From an uncultured Prevotella sp. (lineage in GTDB: Bacteria > Bacteroidota > Bacteroidia > Bacteroidales > Bacteroidaceae): a stretch of 47,140 nucleotides of DNA. The notes beneath the pieces are model-generated. The model had not been told where the DNA came from. It did no database searches and saw only the letters and a list, made by a program, of their open reading frames with translations. The DNA lies in NCBI GenBank assembly GCA_905235975.1, contig CAJONT010000086.1, positions 1 through 47,140 on the forward strand, read 5' to 3'. Both the position numbers and the translations under genes were made by a program. Every line of letters starts with the position of its first letter. The first letter of the stretch is position 1. Shown here in pieces: positions 8,901 through 18,306 of the stretch.

Positions 8901-9428
8901 TTATACAGAGGCATACTCCGACAGAAATCGTTCCACCCCCTGCCGGACAGAATGGAGCCCGAAAGCGGCGGGGTCGACCTGATTCAGGGGTATCCATATA
9001 CATTCGGCAGCATCGTCGTGCGCCTGAATGGCTGAGGGGTCGGCCACGTTGCAGGCAAAGAACAGGTCTTGCGTGGGAATGTCGATACCCGAGTAATGAT
9101 AGGTGTTGGGATAGCTGAAAAGGTAGGTGAGTGCGGTGGCTGTGAGGCTCGTTTCCTCGAGCAGTTCCCTGCGCACACTCTCTTCGGCGGTTTCGCCGAT
9201 GTCGCAGAACCCGCCGGGAAGGTCGAGTGTGCCGGCGGCGGGTTCATACCTGCGCCGCACGGCGAGCAAGGCGCCCTCGTGCACAATGATGGCCACGCAG
9301 GCACTGCTGGGATTCATGAAAAGTTCAAAGCCACAATTTCCACACTTCCGGCTCTTGAAACTGGCAGTGTGGAAAGAACGGCTTCCGCAGAGCGGACAGA
9401 AGAGGAATTTTTCCAAAGGATGCCCCAT
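8901..9428 (-). CDS. NUDIX hydrolase with N-terminal zinc ribbon
   Basis: Start MGHPLEKF (ATG 9428); CPLCG...CGNCG; Nudix box GGFCDIGETAEESVRRELLEET. Confidence 0.9.
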   Translation of the reverse strand: MGHPLEKFLFCPLCGSRSFHTASFKSRKCGNCGFELFMNPSSACVAIIVHEGALLAVRRRYEPAAGTLDLPGGFCDIGETAEESVRRELLEETSLTATALTYLFSYPNTYHYSGIDIPTQDLFFACNVADPSAIQAHDDAAECIWIPLNQVDPAAFGLHSVRQGVERFLSEYASV

Positions 9429-9445
9429 AGTGGATGCTGCGGCTG

Positions 9446-10870
9446 TTACCAAGTGTCGGTGCGGAAGGGGAACAGTGGCAGACCGGCTTGGTTGGCCACG
9501 TTGCCAAGTTGGAAATTACGGAAGCAGTAGCGTACGGCCACCGGCTTCTTCACCTCGTCGCACGTGATGATGATGCCCTTGGTCCAATGATAGATGGCCT
9601 TGGCAGGATGGAACACCTTGTCTTGGCCTGCCACCTCAAATCCTTGTATGTCTTCGTAGCGGCTTATGCCGTCGTAGTCGTTCTGCAGGTGCACGTAGCA
9701 GGTGTCGTTGCTGATGGTAAGGTCTTTGAAGGAGGGACTCTCGCACATCAATGTGTGTATCTGATAGGTCTTGTTCAAGGCTGTGAAGGCTAAGCGTTCG
9801 CCCACCTGACGTTTCTGGCAGGGGTGTATCTGCTGGGTCTCCCAAGGATATGCCAGGTCGTTGGTACACACCAATGAGCTGTTGGGGATAAGTGTGGTGG
9901 CACGCTTCTGTTGCTCGCGAAGCAGGGCACCGCTGATGCCGTTCACATCGTCCTCATAATAATAAGGTGCAATCTCTACGAAATAGAAAGGTATCTCGCC
10001 CAGGCCGAACTGGTCGCGCCACTGGTTGACGAGCAGAGAGAGCCGCTCCGAATACTGGTTGCCGGGATTGCCCACGTTGGAGCAGCCCTGATAGAAGAGA
10101 ATACCCTTCACCGTGTAATTAAGGATGGGGTTGAAGGTGCCGTTGCCCCAAAGCAGCGGACGGTGGTAGTCCATGGGGAAGCGTTTTACGATTTCGAGCG
10201 TGTCGAGGGGTTCGGTGGTGTATTTCTCCAAATTCTCCCGGGTGAGCCAGCTCTCCACGCGGGTGCCGCCTTTGTTGGCCATTACGAGTCCTACAGGCAC
10301 ATCGAGCGTGCTGTTCACGATACGGGCGAAGAAATAGCCTACAGCACTGGCATCGCCCACGGTGAAGGGATTGCATTCTTTCCATTCGCAGTTGGCATCA
10401 TCGAGTGGTGTCATCGATGTCACGCTGGGTATCTTCACATAATGTATACCGTGGGAGTGCACAGACTCGGTCACGGCATAGTTGTAGCCTTCTACAGGGC
10501 AGTTGCCGAATCCTTTCACGGGCATCTCCATGTTGCTCTGTCCGGCACAAACCCACACTTCGCCGGAGAGCACCCCGTTGATGGTGGTCGGTTCTCCGTC
10601 GTCGAAGGTGATGGAGAGCGGGGTATAACTGGCCGCAGGTGTGTTGACACTTACCATCCATTTCCCATCCTTGCCTGTCTTGCCTGTATAGGTCTCGTTC
10701 GACCATGAGACGCTCACGGTGACTTTCTTTCCAGGTTTTGCCCAACCCCAGAGCCGTGCCTGACTGTTTTGTTGCAGTATCATGTTGTCGCCTATGATAT
10801 GAGGCAGACGCACTTTGCCTTGACAAACCACTACGCATAGCAGTGAGAGGAGAATGAAGAGTTTTCGCAT
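9446..10870 (-). CDS. Sialate O-acetylesterase family protein (SASA, secreted)
   Basis: Signal peptide; DNMILQQ, GEVWVCAGQSNM, GGTRVESW, FYQGCSN, IHPCQK, PVAVRY, PFRTD motifs. Confidence 0.9.
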   Translation of the reverse strand: MRKLFILLSLLCVVVCQGKVRLPHIIGDNMILQQNSQARLWGWAKPGKKVTVSVSWSNETYTGKTGKDGKWMVSVNTPAASYTPLSITFDDGEPTTINGVLSGEVWVCAGQSNMEMPVKGFGNCPVEGYNYAVTESVHSHGIHYVKIPSVTSMTPLDDANCEWKECNPFTVGDASAVGYFFARIVNSTLDVPVGLVMANKGGTRVESWLTRENLEKYTTEPLDTLEIVKRFPMDYHRPLLWGNGTFNPILNYTVKGILFYQGCSNVGNPGNQYSERLSLLVNQWRDQFGLGEIPFYFVEIAPYYYEDDVNGISGALLREQQKRATTLIPNSSLVCTNDLAYPWETQQIHPCQKRQVGERLAFTALNKTYQIHTLMCESPSFKDLTISNDTCYVHLQNDYDGISRYEDIQGFEVAGQDKVFHPAKAIYHWTKGIIITCDEVKKPVAVRYCFRNFQLGNVANQAGLPLFPFRTDTW

Positions 10871-10911
10871 TTCGATGTCTTGTTTAGGTTGATATATACT
10901 AAAAGCGACTG

Positions 10912-10939
10912 CAATATTACAAAAAAATCATTATCTTTG
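10912..10939. promoter_or_regulatory. Back-to-back divergent -7 promoter elements
   Basis: Plus TATCTTTG (10932-10939); minus TAATATTG (10919-10912, one mismatch). Confidence 0.55.
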
Positions 10940-10971
10940 CAAACACAACAGAAAATAAATCAATGCGGGTT

Positions 10972-11796
10972 ATGAAAAGAACTTTGTATTTGCTCACGGT
11001 ATTGCTCTGTTATTCAGTTTTTCCGATGAGTGCACAGACTGTAAAGGAACTGAATTTGTGGCCGCATGGCGCACCCAACAAGAATGGCGACCCGAGAGAC
11101 ACCGCCAAAGTGTGGGTATATATCCCCGAAAAAAATGTGGCCACCGGAAGAGCCATCGTGATATGCCCGGGAGGCGGCTATACCCATCTCGCACTCGACA
11201 AGGAGGGCAAAGAGTGGGGTAAATTCTTTCAGAATATCGGTATTACAGCCGTCGTGCTGAAATACCGTATGCCGCACGGCAATCCTGAGGTGCCCATTGC
11301 CGATGCCGAAGAGGCTGTGAGATTGGTGCGGCGCAATACCGCCAGTTGGCATGTCAACCAGAAGAATGTGGGTATCATGGGGTCATCGGCTGGAGGACAC
11401 CTCGCTTCTTATGTGGCCAACACGGCAGATCGCAATGCCAAGCCCGACTTCCAAATCCTCTTCTATCCGGTTATTTCGATGATGAACGGATTCTCCCATC
11501 AAGGCTCGCATGACAACTTCCTGGGCAAGGGCAACCAAAAACGCTTAGAGAAGAAATACAGCACCGATCAGATAGTGACTCGCAATACCCCCAAGGCTTG
11601 GATAGTGCTGAGCGATGACGACCAGACGGTGCCGCCGGCAAACGGGGTGAACTACTACACCGAACTGTATCGCCACGACGTGCCGGCCTCGCTGCATGTA
11701 TATCCCGACGGCGGACATGGATGGGGCAGCAGCATAGGCTTCAAGTATCATATTGAGTTGATTATGGAGCTGAAAGCCTGGCTCAACAGTTTCTGA
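10972..11796 (+). CDS. Secreted alpha/beta hydrolase (acetyl/xylan esterase-like)
   Basis: Signal peptide MKRTLYLL...SA; CPGGGY, nucleophile GSSAGGH, DDQTV (Asp), GGHGW (His); alternative start at 10963. Confidence 0.88.
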   Translation: MKRTLYLLTVLLCYSVFPMSAQTVKELNLWPHGAPNKNGDPRDTAKVWVYIPEKNVATGRAIVICPGGGYTHLALDKEGKEWGKFFQNIGITAVVLKYRMPHGNPEVPIADAEEAVRLVRRNTASWHVNQKNVGIMGSSAGGHLASYVANTADRNAKPDFQILFYPVISMMNGFSHQGSHDNFLGKGNQKRLEKKYSTDQIVTRNTPKAWIVLSDDDQTVPPANGVNYYTELYRHDVPASLHVYPDGGHGWGSSIGFKYHIELIMELKAWLNSF

Positions 11797-11813
11797 CCCT
11801 TTTCTCCTACACC

Positions 11814-12458
11814 ATGACAGACTCTCCCCTTACGGAACGGCAACTGATGGCGTGGATTGGCGAAGGGGAACATCAAAGGCAGGATTTCAAGTATAAGATT
11901 GCCGACTCGGCCAAACTGGCACGCACTGTCTCTGCTTTCGCCAATACCGATGGCGGACGCCTGCTGATAGGCGTCCGCGACGATGGCATGCTCTGCGGAG
12001 TGAAGTCGGAAGAGGAAATCTACATGGTGTACCGGGCGGCAGAGGATTTCTGCACACCCGTGCCGCATGTGCAGTTTTCCACCGTTGTGACAGGCGGACG
12101 GAATATTGTGATAGCGAATGTTGAGCCTTCTCCCGTAAGACCCATCAAGGCGCATGATGAGAGAGGGCGTCTCAGAGCCTACATACGTATTGCTGATGAG
12201 AATATCGTGGCATCACCCGTACATCTCAGGATGTGGAAAGACTTGGCTTCGTCTAAAGGTATATGCATGCATTTTGCGGAGAAAGAGCGTAAGGTGCTGG
12301 CAGCGTTGGAGTCGGCCGAAGGTGTCACCCTGCAACAGGCGGTGCGGAAGTCGGGCGTAGGCAGGTATGCCGTCATCACCATCCTTTCGCGGCTCATACG
12401 CTATGGTGTGGCCAGGTGGTGGTTCAATGGTACTGTGTTCTTGTTTGCACAAAACTGA
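11814..12458 (+). CDS. AlbA_2 (Schlafen-like) domain protein with C-terminal winged-helix-like region
   Basis: GEHQRQDFK, SAFANTDGGRLLIGVRDDG signature; AYIRIADEN. Confidence 0.85.
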   Translation: MTDSPLTERQLMAWIGEGEHQRQDFKYKIADSAKLARTVSAFANTDGGRLLIGVRDDGMLCGVKSEEEIYMVYRAAEDFCTPVPHVQFSTVVTGGRNIVIANVEPSPVRPIKAHDERGRLRAYIRIADENIVASPVHLRMWKDLASSKGICMHFAEKERKVLAALESAEGVTLQQAVRKSGVGRYAVITILSRLIRYGVARWWFNGTVFLFAQN

Positions 12459-12488
12459 TATGACCACAATAAGAAAAAACACACAAAG

Positions 12489-13406
12489 ATGAAATGGCAA
12501 GCACGCGACGTGATGAACAGTCTGGCTGATTCGAGCCACATCCTGCAAGAGGTGAAGGAGGATGACCTGAAAAAACTGAAGGCCGTGCTCCTGAAAATGA
12601 TGCAGGATATACATGAGGTGTGTGTGAAAAGGCACATCAACTACTCCCTCTTCGGCGGTTCCATGCTTGGTGCCGTGCGTCATCAGGGGTATATACCCTG
12701 GGATGACGACATCGACCTACTGATGCCACGAAGCGACTGGGAACACTTCAAGGAAATCTTCCAGACCGACTTGGGCGACAAATACACCATGGAGGCACCC
12801 AACTTTGGCGGCCGCGATACGAAGACCTATTTCGGCAAGGTGTACCTGAAAGGTACCACACTGCTTGAACTGCCCGATGTGGCCTCGCCTTTCGACAAGG
12901 GGATATGGATTGATATCTTCGTGCTGGAGAATGTCTCCGACTCAGCTGCCGTCAGGTGGATGGATGGGGTGGTGAGCGACTGCTGGAGAGTGATAACCAC
13001 CTGCCAGCAGTATTATCTCTATCCCAATCCGCAAATCAATGCCTACATGGCGGCTAAGGCTTCCTCGAAATGGTATTTCAGGGCAAGGAAATTCGTGGGC
13101 TTCTGTTTCTCCTTCATCTCACACCGAAAATTTGTCGGTATGTACGACCGTTTTGTTTCACGTCATAAGAAAGTGGGGCAATATGTCACCGTGCCCACTG
13201 GGCGACAGTTTTATCGCGGGGAGATGATGCCTGCCGAAGTGTGCGCTTCTTTTCACCTTGTGAAATTCGAAGACAAGGAGTTCCTTGCCATGGCCGATCC
13301 GCATGCCTATTGCCGGAATGTGTTCGGTTTCACATATATGCAACCGCCACCCTTGGAGAAAAGGGAGCGTCATTTCTATGTGAAACTTGATTTCGGCAAT
13401 GCCTAA
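12489..13406 (+). CDS. LicD family nucleotidyl/phosphotransferase
   Basis: GGSMLGAVRHQGYIPWDDDIDL and WIDIFVL motifs; C-terminal FGFTYMQPPP. Confidence 0.92.
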   Translation: MKWQARDVMNSLADSSHILQEVKEDDLKKLKAVLLKMMQDIHEVCVKRHINYSLFGGSMLGAVRHQGYIPWDDDIDLLMPRSDWEHFKEIFQTDLGDKYTMEAPNFGGRDTKTYFGKVYLKGTTLLELPDVASPFDKGIWIDIFVLENVSDSAAVRWMDGVVSDCWRVITTCQQYYLYPNPQINAYMAAKASSKWYFRARKFVGFCFSFISHRKFVGMYDRFVSRHKKVGQYVTVPTGRQFYRGEMMPAEVCASFHLVKFEDKEFLAMADPHAYCRNVFGFTYMQPPPLEKRERHFYVKLDFGNA

Positions 13407-13427
13407 AACTCTTTTCCACCATAAACG

Positions 13428-13460
13428 CAGACGAGGTCGCTGTAGCAGCGACCTCGTCTG
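13428..13460. terminator. Bidirectional terminator between licD-like and C10 protease genes
   Basis: Perfect 15-bp stem CAGACGAGGTCGCTG-TAG-CAGCGACCTCGTCTG, flanked by A-rich (left) and T-rich (right) sequence. Confidence 0.85.
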
Positions 13461-13485
13461 ATTTTGTAAGGTGGTTGTGAAGGTT

Positions 13486-16400
13486 TTATTTTACGTATTT
13501 GTGACCGTTGATGATATAGATGCCCTTAGGCAGGGTCTGCAGAATCTCTTGAACAGGGCCGTTTCCAACAGCTATCTTCCTGCCGTCGAGGGTGTACACA
13601 CCATTGACAATTGTGTTGCGAACAACCGTGTTCTGAGCAATGCCCGTCTGTTCGTTGTCTTTAAAATGAACTATTCTGAGCGGACCGTTGGCATTGTTGT
13701 TGGGCTTGCATCCGCTGGTGAACATAGCGTGGAAAGGAGCCAATGTCACATCTTCTTCGGTGTATAAGAAGGCATTGCCGCCTTCACCTTCATTCAGCAG
13801 ATAGCAGTTCAGTCCCTCACCGCTCTTGCCAATCATCGTTCCTTCAAACTCGTAGTTGTAGGCTTCGGCAAAAGAGGGCTTGCTCTTCTTCAAAAGCTGG
13901 AATTCGGCCTTGAACTCAATGTCGCGGTTGGTCAAGTCGAAATCCTCGCCAAACGTGTCATCCGGTACTGCAATGATGTACGGACGATAGGCTTTGAACT
14001 CCTCGGCATCCTTGAAATACAACTTGTTGCCGTCTTCGGCATAGAATTCCCTGATCCAGAAGTCTTTGCCCACTTCGTTTGACGTATGGAACCAGTCGAT
14101 CTCTTTGCCCGTTTGCTTATCGGTCACCGTGTAAGGCTGGAAGGGCAGCGTGATGGTCGACCAGTTGGTGCCGTCCATACCGAATCCATGCGCAAAATTG
14201 CGTGTGTAGGTAACCTCTTTGGCTGTAAATTCCAAGGGCACATAGAAAGGATAGTCCTCATTGATCGTTATCTTATTGGAGATGAGACCTCTCACCACAT
14301 TGCCATCGTTGAGATAGGCATAATAGGGACCGGTCACATAATATATCGTGTTGGGGTTGTTGTTCATCACCACGTTTGTGGGCTGCATGGTATTGCCCAT
14401 AAAACTCACGGCCACAGCATCTTCGGGTGTAATATAATCGGTTCTTGACGCGGTCACTGCATGTTCCTTTCCATCGGCAGTCCAGTATCGGTAGCCAGGG
14501 AAGGCATAACATTTGTACCACTTGTTGAATACGCCAGTGAAATCAGCGTTGCTTCTCTTCTTGTAGTATGTAGTAAAGCGGTAGGTGCAGTTAGGCTCCA
14601 GTTCATTGAACTCGTATTCCAATGTTACCGACTCGCCGGCAGGAATGTCTACTAAAGGCTTGGCTGTGTTAAGCTGCACGTTATATCGCAGAATGAAATT
14701 CACATAGTCGTGATAGTCTACCGTGCCATTGTTGGTAATCTTGATTTTGGCCCTGAAAGTGTTGCCGTGAATCAGTGTGTCATTATCTGCGTTCAGGTTG
14801 TCTATGTCCACATCCATGGAAAGATTGCCATACTCGATGACAGGACCCACTTCCAAATCATAGTTCGCGATTGACTGTGCACGGCTTCCCGATTGCAGAG
14901 CCAAGGTGAAGTTGAGGTGAGCACTTCCTTCTTCCGTAGGCTCATAGCCGAAATAAAGGTCGGTGGTGGAGTTGGCTGGAATGTGTCCGCCACGTACCTG
15001 CACTAAGGCATCGTTAGCATACAGATTTATCCATCTGCCGAATTTCTGGTTTGAGTTGTTGGTCACATTCATCTTAAATATTTGTGGTGCTCCAACACAG
15101 ACGGGACCATGCTCCTCACGCTCAACCGAATTAACTTGCACAACGGGGTGCAAATAGTAATAGGGTGTCTTGCTGGCAGAGATAAACATTCTTACATAGG
15201 CGTTGAGGATGTTGGCGATATCATTCTCCTGCCATTCTGTTTCGCCAGCCAACCTGCTTACGGGTCTTAGTATGTAGTTTCCTGAAGCATAGGTGGGGAA
15301 ACTCCGGCTGTATGTAAAGGTAGATGTTTCACCGGGAGCTAATGTTACGGTTTCACCTTCGAAAGTCTCTATAAATTGGCCATCCTCGCTATATATATTT
15401 AGGCCCTGTTCAAATGTATATTGTTCAGAGAGGGCGTTGGATATCACGGTCGTAATTGTACGTGATGTTGAAGAAACACTCACGTTTGTCGTACAAGCAC
15501 GTTTAGAGTATAAATTCGGGTCAAGTCCATGACTCTCTACGCCAAGGGGTTTGATGTTATAGTAAATAATCATGTTTTTCATGTAATTCCATACCATCTC
15601 ATGGTGATAGGGACTGATGGCAGAAAGACGGAAGAAACCGTTCATGTGTCCGTTCCATCCCCAATTGATGTGAAAGAGGGCGTCATGGTCATAGCCGTCA
15701 ATTACCCACATGTGCGCACCTTGGCTCGGATCGGATGCGATGCGTGCTCCGTACATAAGAACCAGACGCTGTTGGACAAGTTCGTTGTATATAATGTCTT
15801 CAGTTTTGTTCATACCTAAGTCAATTATATAATCTGACTGTATGTCGGGTGAGTAACCAAAATAGTTGACAAATGTAGGTATTATTTCCTGTAAGAGAGA
15901 ACCGCCAGAACCGCCAAAGTCGGTCTTCACACCAACAGCCAGTTTGTACATCAGGCTGGCTATGGCATCGATTTGCTCATCGGGGGTGTTGTAATAGTAT
16001 CTGAAACTATAGTTCCTGAGTATATTCGGCCAGTCAATAGGACTTGATGGGATATCCTCGATAGTATAGGAATCTGTTGAGTAACCTGGAATAGATGTGG
16101 TCTTTGGGGGATACTGCCAGTAAGCCATTATTTGCGACATGGCAGCTGCCGTGCAGCCCGAACCCACATGTGTGCCAGTTGAGTCGGTGGGGCAGAAATA
16201 ATTGTAGGGAGGTGTGGAGAAGAAGAAGAATGAGTCGAGCGGGCATATATAGTTGCGGGCAAGCGATATGCTATGTCTGGGAGCGGGCTCCTCATGGGTG
16301 GCCTCACTAACCTCATCGCATGATGCAACCGACTGCAGTTGCTCTTCGTACATATTGAGCATTAAAGCGAGTCCGTCGGGTACATTGTCGGGGTCGAAGG

Positions 16401-16683
16401 CACCCTGATCAGCATATCCTAATATGGACGGCTCATTTTCGTTGCTTGAAACGATGACAAATCCGTTGTCCTCCCCTATATTGAAGATATAGTAATAGGG
16501 GGTGTTGTCTTCTGTGATGCTACGGTTCAGTCTATTGGCTGAGACTGGTGTGAGTGAAGCTGAAGGGTGATGCTTCTGAATGAAAGCATTGGCAATTTCG
16601 TATGCGGCATTCTGGTCAATAGGACCTGCAAAGGCCAAATTGACAAAAAGAATCGCTATGAATGATGCAAAAAATTTTTTCAT
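13486..16683 (-). CDS. C10 family (streptopain-like) cysteine peptidase with Spi/I69-like prodomain and T9SS C-terminal sorting domain
   Basis: Signal peptide; prodomain YYYIFN..GFVIVS...ILGY; GCTAAAMSQIM (Cys), HMWVIDGY (His), FHINWGW (Asn); CTD VYTLDGRK...LPKGIYIINGHKYVK. Confidence 0.92.
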   Translation of the reverse strand: MKKFFASFIAILFVNLAFAGPIDQNAAYEIANAFIQKHHPSASLTPVSANRLNRSITEDNTPYYYIFNIGEDNGFVIVSSNENEPSILGYADQGAFDPDNVPDGLALMLNMYEEQLQSVASCDEVSEATHEEPAPRHSISLARNYICPLDSFFFFSTPPYNYFCPTDSTGTHVGSGCTAAAMSQIMAYWQYPPKTTSIPGYSTDSYTIEDIPSSPIDWPNILRNYSFRYYYNTPDEQIDAIASLMYKLAVGVKTDFGGSGGSLLQEIIPTFVNYFGYSPDIQSDYIIDLGMNKTEDIIYNELVQQRLVLMYGARIASDPSQGAHMWVIDGYDHDALFHINWGWNGHMNGFFRLSAISPYHHEMVWNYMKNMIIYYNIKPLGVESHGLDPNLYSKRACTTNVSVSSTSRTITTVISNALSEQYTFEQGLNIYSEDGQFIETFEGETVTLAPGETSTFTYSRSFPTYASGNYILRPVSRLAGETEWQENDIANILNAYVRMFISASKTPYYYLHPVVQVNSVEREEHGPVCVGAPQIFKMNVTNNSNQKFGRWINLYANDALVQVRGGHIPANSTTDLYFGYEPTEEGSAHLNFTLALQSGSRAQSIANYDLEVGPVIEYGNLSMDVDIDNLNADNDTLIHGNTFRAKIKITNNGTVDYHDYVNFILRYNVQLNTAKPLVDIPAGESVTLEYEFNELEPNCTYRFTTYYKKRSNADFTGVFNKWYKCYAFPGYRYWTADGKEHAVTASRTDYITPEDAVAVSFMGNTMQPTNVVMNNNPNTIYYVTGPYYAYLNDGNVVRGLISNKITINEDYPFYVPLEFTAKEVTYTRNFAHGFGMDGTNWSTITLPFQPYTVTDKQTGKEIDWFHTSNEVGKDFWIREFYAEDGNKLYFKDAEEFKAYRPYIIAVPDDTFGEDFDLTNRDIEFKAEFQLLKKSKPSFAEAYNYEFEGTMIGKSGEGLNCYLLNEGEGGNAFLYTEEDVTLAPFHAMFTSGCKPNNNANGPLRIVHFKDNEQTGIAQNTVVRNTIVNGVYTLDGRKIAVGNGPVQEILQTLPKGIYIINGHKYVK

Positions 16684-16732
16684 ATATGTGTGGTTTTTAT
16701 TCCTTAAGTTATAACATAGAAGATATATTTTG

Positions 16733-16740
16733 CAAAATTA
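16733..16740 (-). promoter_or_regulatory. -7 promoter element for C10 peptidase
   Basis: Minus strand TAATTTTG about 50 nt upstream of the ATG. Confidence 0.55.
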
Positions 16741-16835
16741 CATCATATCATTTTTTTCTCCAATTATATTATGATAAAACAAGGTGTTATTAATTTTTTT
16801 TAAAGAATTGTTATTTAATATGGTGAATTTCCCAC

Positions 16836-17726
16836 TTATTCATCAAGCCATTCACAGATGTCTTTTGCAGAGTGTGCCCATGGTTTTACTATATATTTTT
16901 CAGGACGGCAATAGGCACAAAGTGCGCAAGGCTTTCCCATCTGACATAGCAGTGATTTGGCACTTTCTGCTGTGTAGATGTCTACACCGTTGTCTTCAGG
17001 AAAGTGCTCGTTGAAATGCTGGTTGAAAATGTGGATGTTGGCAGCACAATGGCAGGTGTACAACTTGCCGTGCGACAGCGTGTGGCTACGATGGTGGGCA
17101 TCGCAGACGATGCTGTTGCGACGGCCGTTGCCCACCTCGCGATTTATGATGTTTTTCGTAAATCCTGTTATAATTGCGTTTTCACGGTCCACCTTGTTTA
17201 CACCGCTTTCTTTCGCTTTCTGCAGAATCCAGTCGTAGTCGAGATAAATGGGATAGGAGGAAATGATGAGCTTCACGTCGTTGTCGTGCAGGGATGCCCA
17301 GAACTGAGGAGGCATTTTCTTCAGAAGTATGCCGTTGGTACATAGCTGTAGGTGGGCATAGGGCATGGCTTCCCTGCAGATGTTCATTATCTTGTCAATG
17401 TCGGGATGCAGCAGCGGTTCGCCTCCAAGGATGCAGCAGGTGAGTTCATAACCCTCGAACAACTCCTTCAAACGCTTGATGTCTCTCTCCATCTCTTGGA
17501 TGTTGATATACGACTCGTTGGCCAGAGGCGAGTAATGGGAACACATGGCACAATGCAGGTTGCAATGTTCCGTTGCGGTCACTTCAAAGTAGAACTTCTT
17601 GCTCTTAATGAGTTTCTTCGTTTTTTTTTTCAGATAGAAGAAAGAGGGAAGGAGTGGCTTCACGACAGGATGTCGCTCTCCAAAGCTCATGATTCGTTCG
17701 AAAAGGAATATATCTTTTATTTTCAT
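16836..17726 (-). CDS. Radical SAM protein with Cys-rich (SPASM/twitch-like) C-terminus; last gene of EPS locus
   Basis: CNLHCAMC (CxxxCxxC), LGGEPLLHP, TNGILL; C-terminal C...CHC...CALCAYC. Confidence 0.9.
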   Translation of the reverse strand: MKIKDIFLFERIMSFGERHPVVKPLLPSFFYLKKKTKKLIKSKKFYFEVTATEHCNLHCAMCSHYSPLANESYINIQEMERDIKRLKELFEGYELTCCILGGEPLLHPDIDKIMNICREAMPYAHLQLCTNGILLKKMPPQFWASLHDNDVKLIISSYPIYLDYDWILQKAKESGVNKVDRENAIITGFTKNIINREVGNGRRNSIVCDAHHRSHTLSHGKLYTCHCAANIHIFNQHFNEHFPEDNGVDIYTAESAKSLLCQMGKPCALCAYCRPEKYIVKPWAHSAKDICEWLDE

Positions 17727-17739
17727 AGTCTAGTTTTGC

Positions 17740-18306
17740 TCATCTAAGATAGGGCTTCCGTATGCCATGTGTATGTAGGAATGCGGTGCAGTCGTAGGCC
17801 ACTTCGCCTATCTCGCGTTTGCCTATCTCTTTTGCCGGTATACCGCCGTATACGGTCCAAGGCTTGCAGTCTTTGGTAACCACAGCACCTGAGGCCACCA
17901 CGGCCCCCTCGCCTATGTGTACGCCCAAGTGCACGATGGCTCCCAGTCCAATCCAAACATGGTTGTCTATGCGAATGGGCTCTTGGCGCAGCTTAAAGTC
18001 GGGTCTGTCGTAGGCGTGCCCAGAGGAACAGATGCGTACATGATGTGACACCGATACGTTGTCGCCAATGGTGATGTAGCCTTCGGCATTGAGCATACAG
18101 TCGTGGTTGATGTGGGTATGGGCGCCTATCTTGAGACGTTCTGGGCTGAGCACGTAGGCTCCCATGTCGATAATGGTTCTCTTACCTATCTTTGCCCCTG
18201 ACAGGCGGTATACAGCCTTTCGGAAGCAGTAGATAGGTACATGGGCTGTGATATAGTTAAGCAGGAAGAACTGCAATTGTCTCCCTATGTATAGTGCGGG
18301 TTTCAT
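17740..18306 (-). CDS. Hexapeptide-repeat (LbH) O-acyltransferase
   Basis: Start MKPALY (ATG 18306, ATGA overlap with upstream GT); ITIGDNV, VWIG, IGEGAVVASGAVVTKD, GIPAKEI. Confidence 0.88.
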   Translation of the reverse strand: MKPALYIGRQLQFFLLNYITAHVPIYCFRKAVYRLSGAKIGKRTIIDMGAYVLSPERLKIGAHTHINHDCMLNAEGYITIGDNVSVSHHVRICSSGHAYDRPDFKLRQEPIRIDNHVWIGLGAIVHLGVHIGEGAVVASGAVVTKDCKPWTVYGGIPAKEIGKREIGEVAYDCTAFLHTHGIRKPYLR

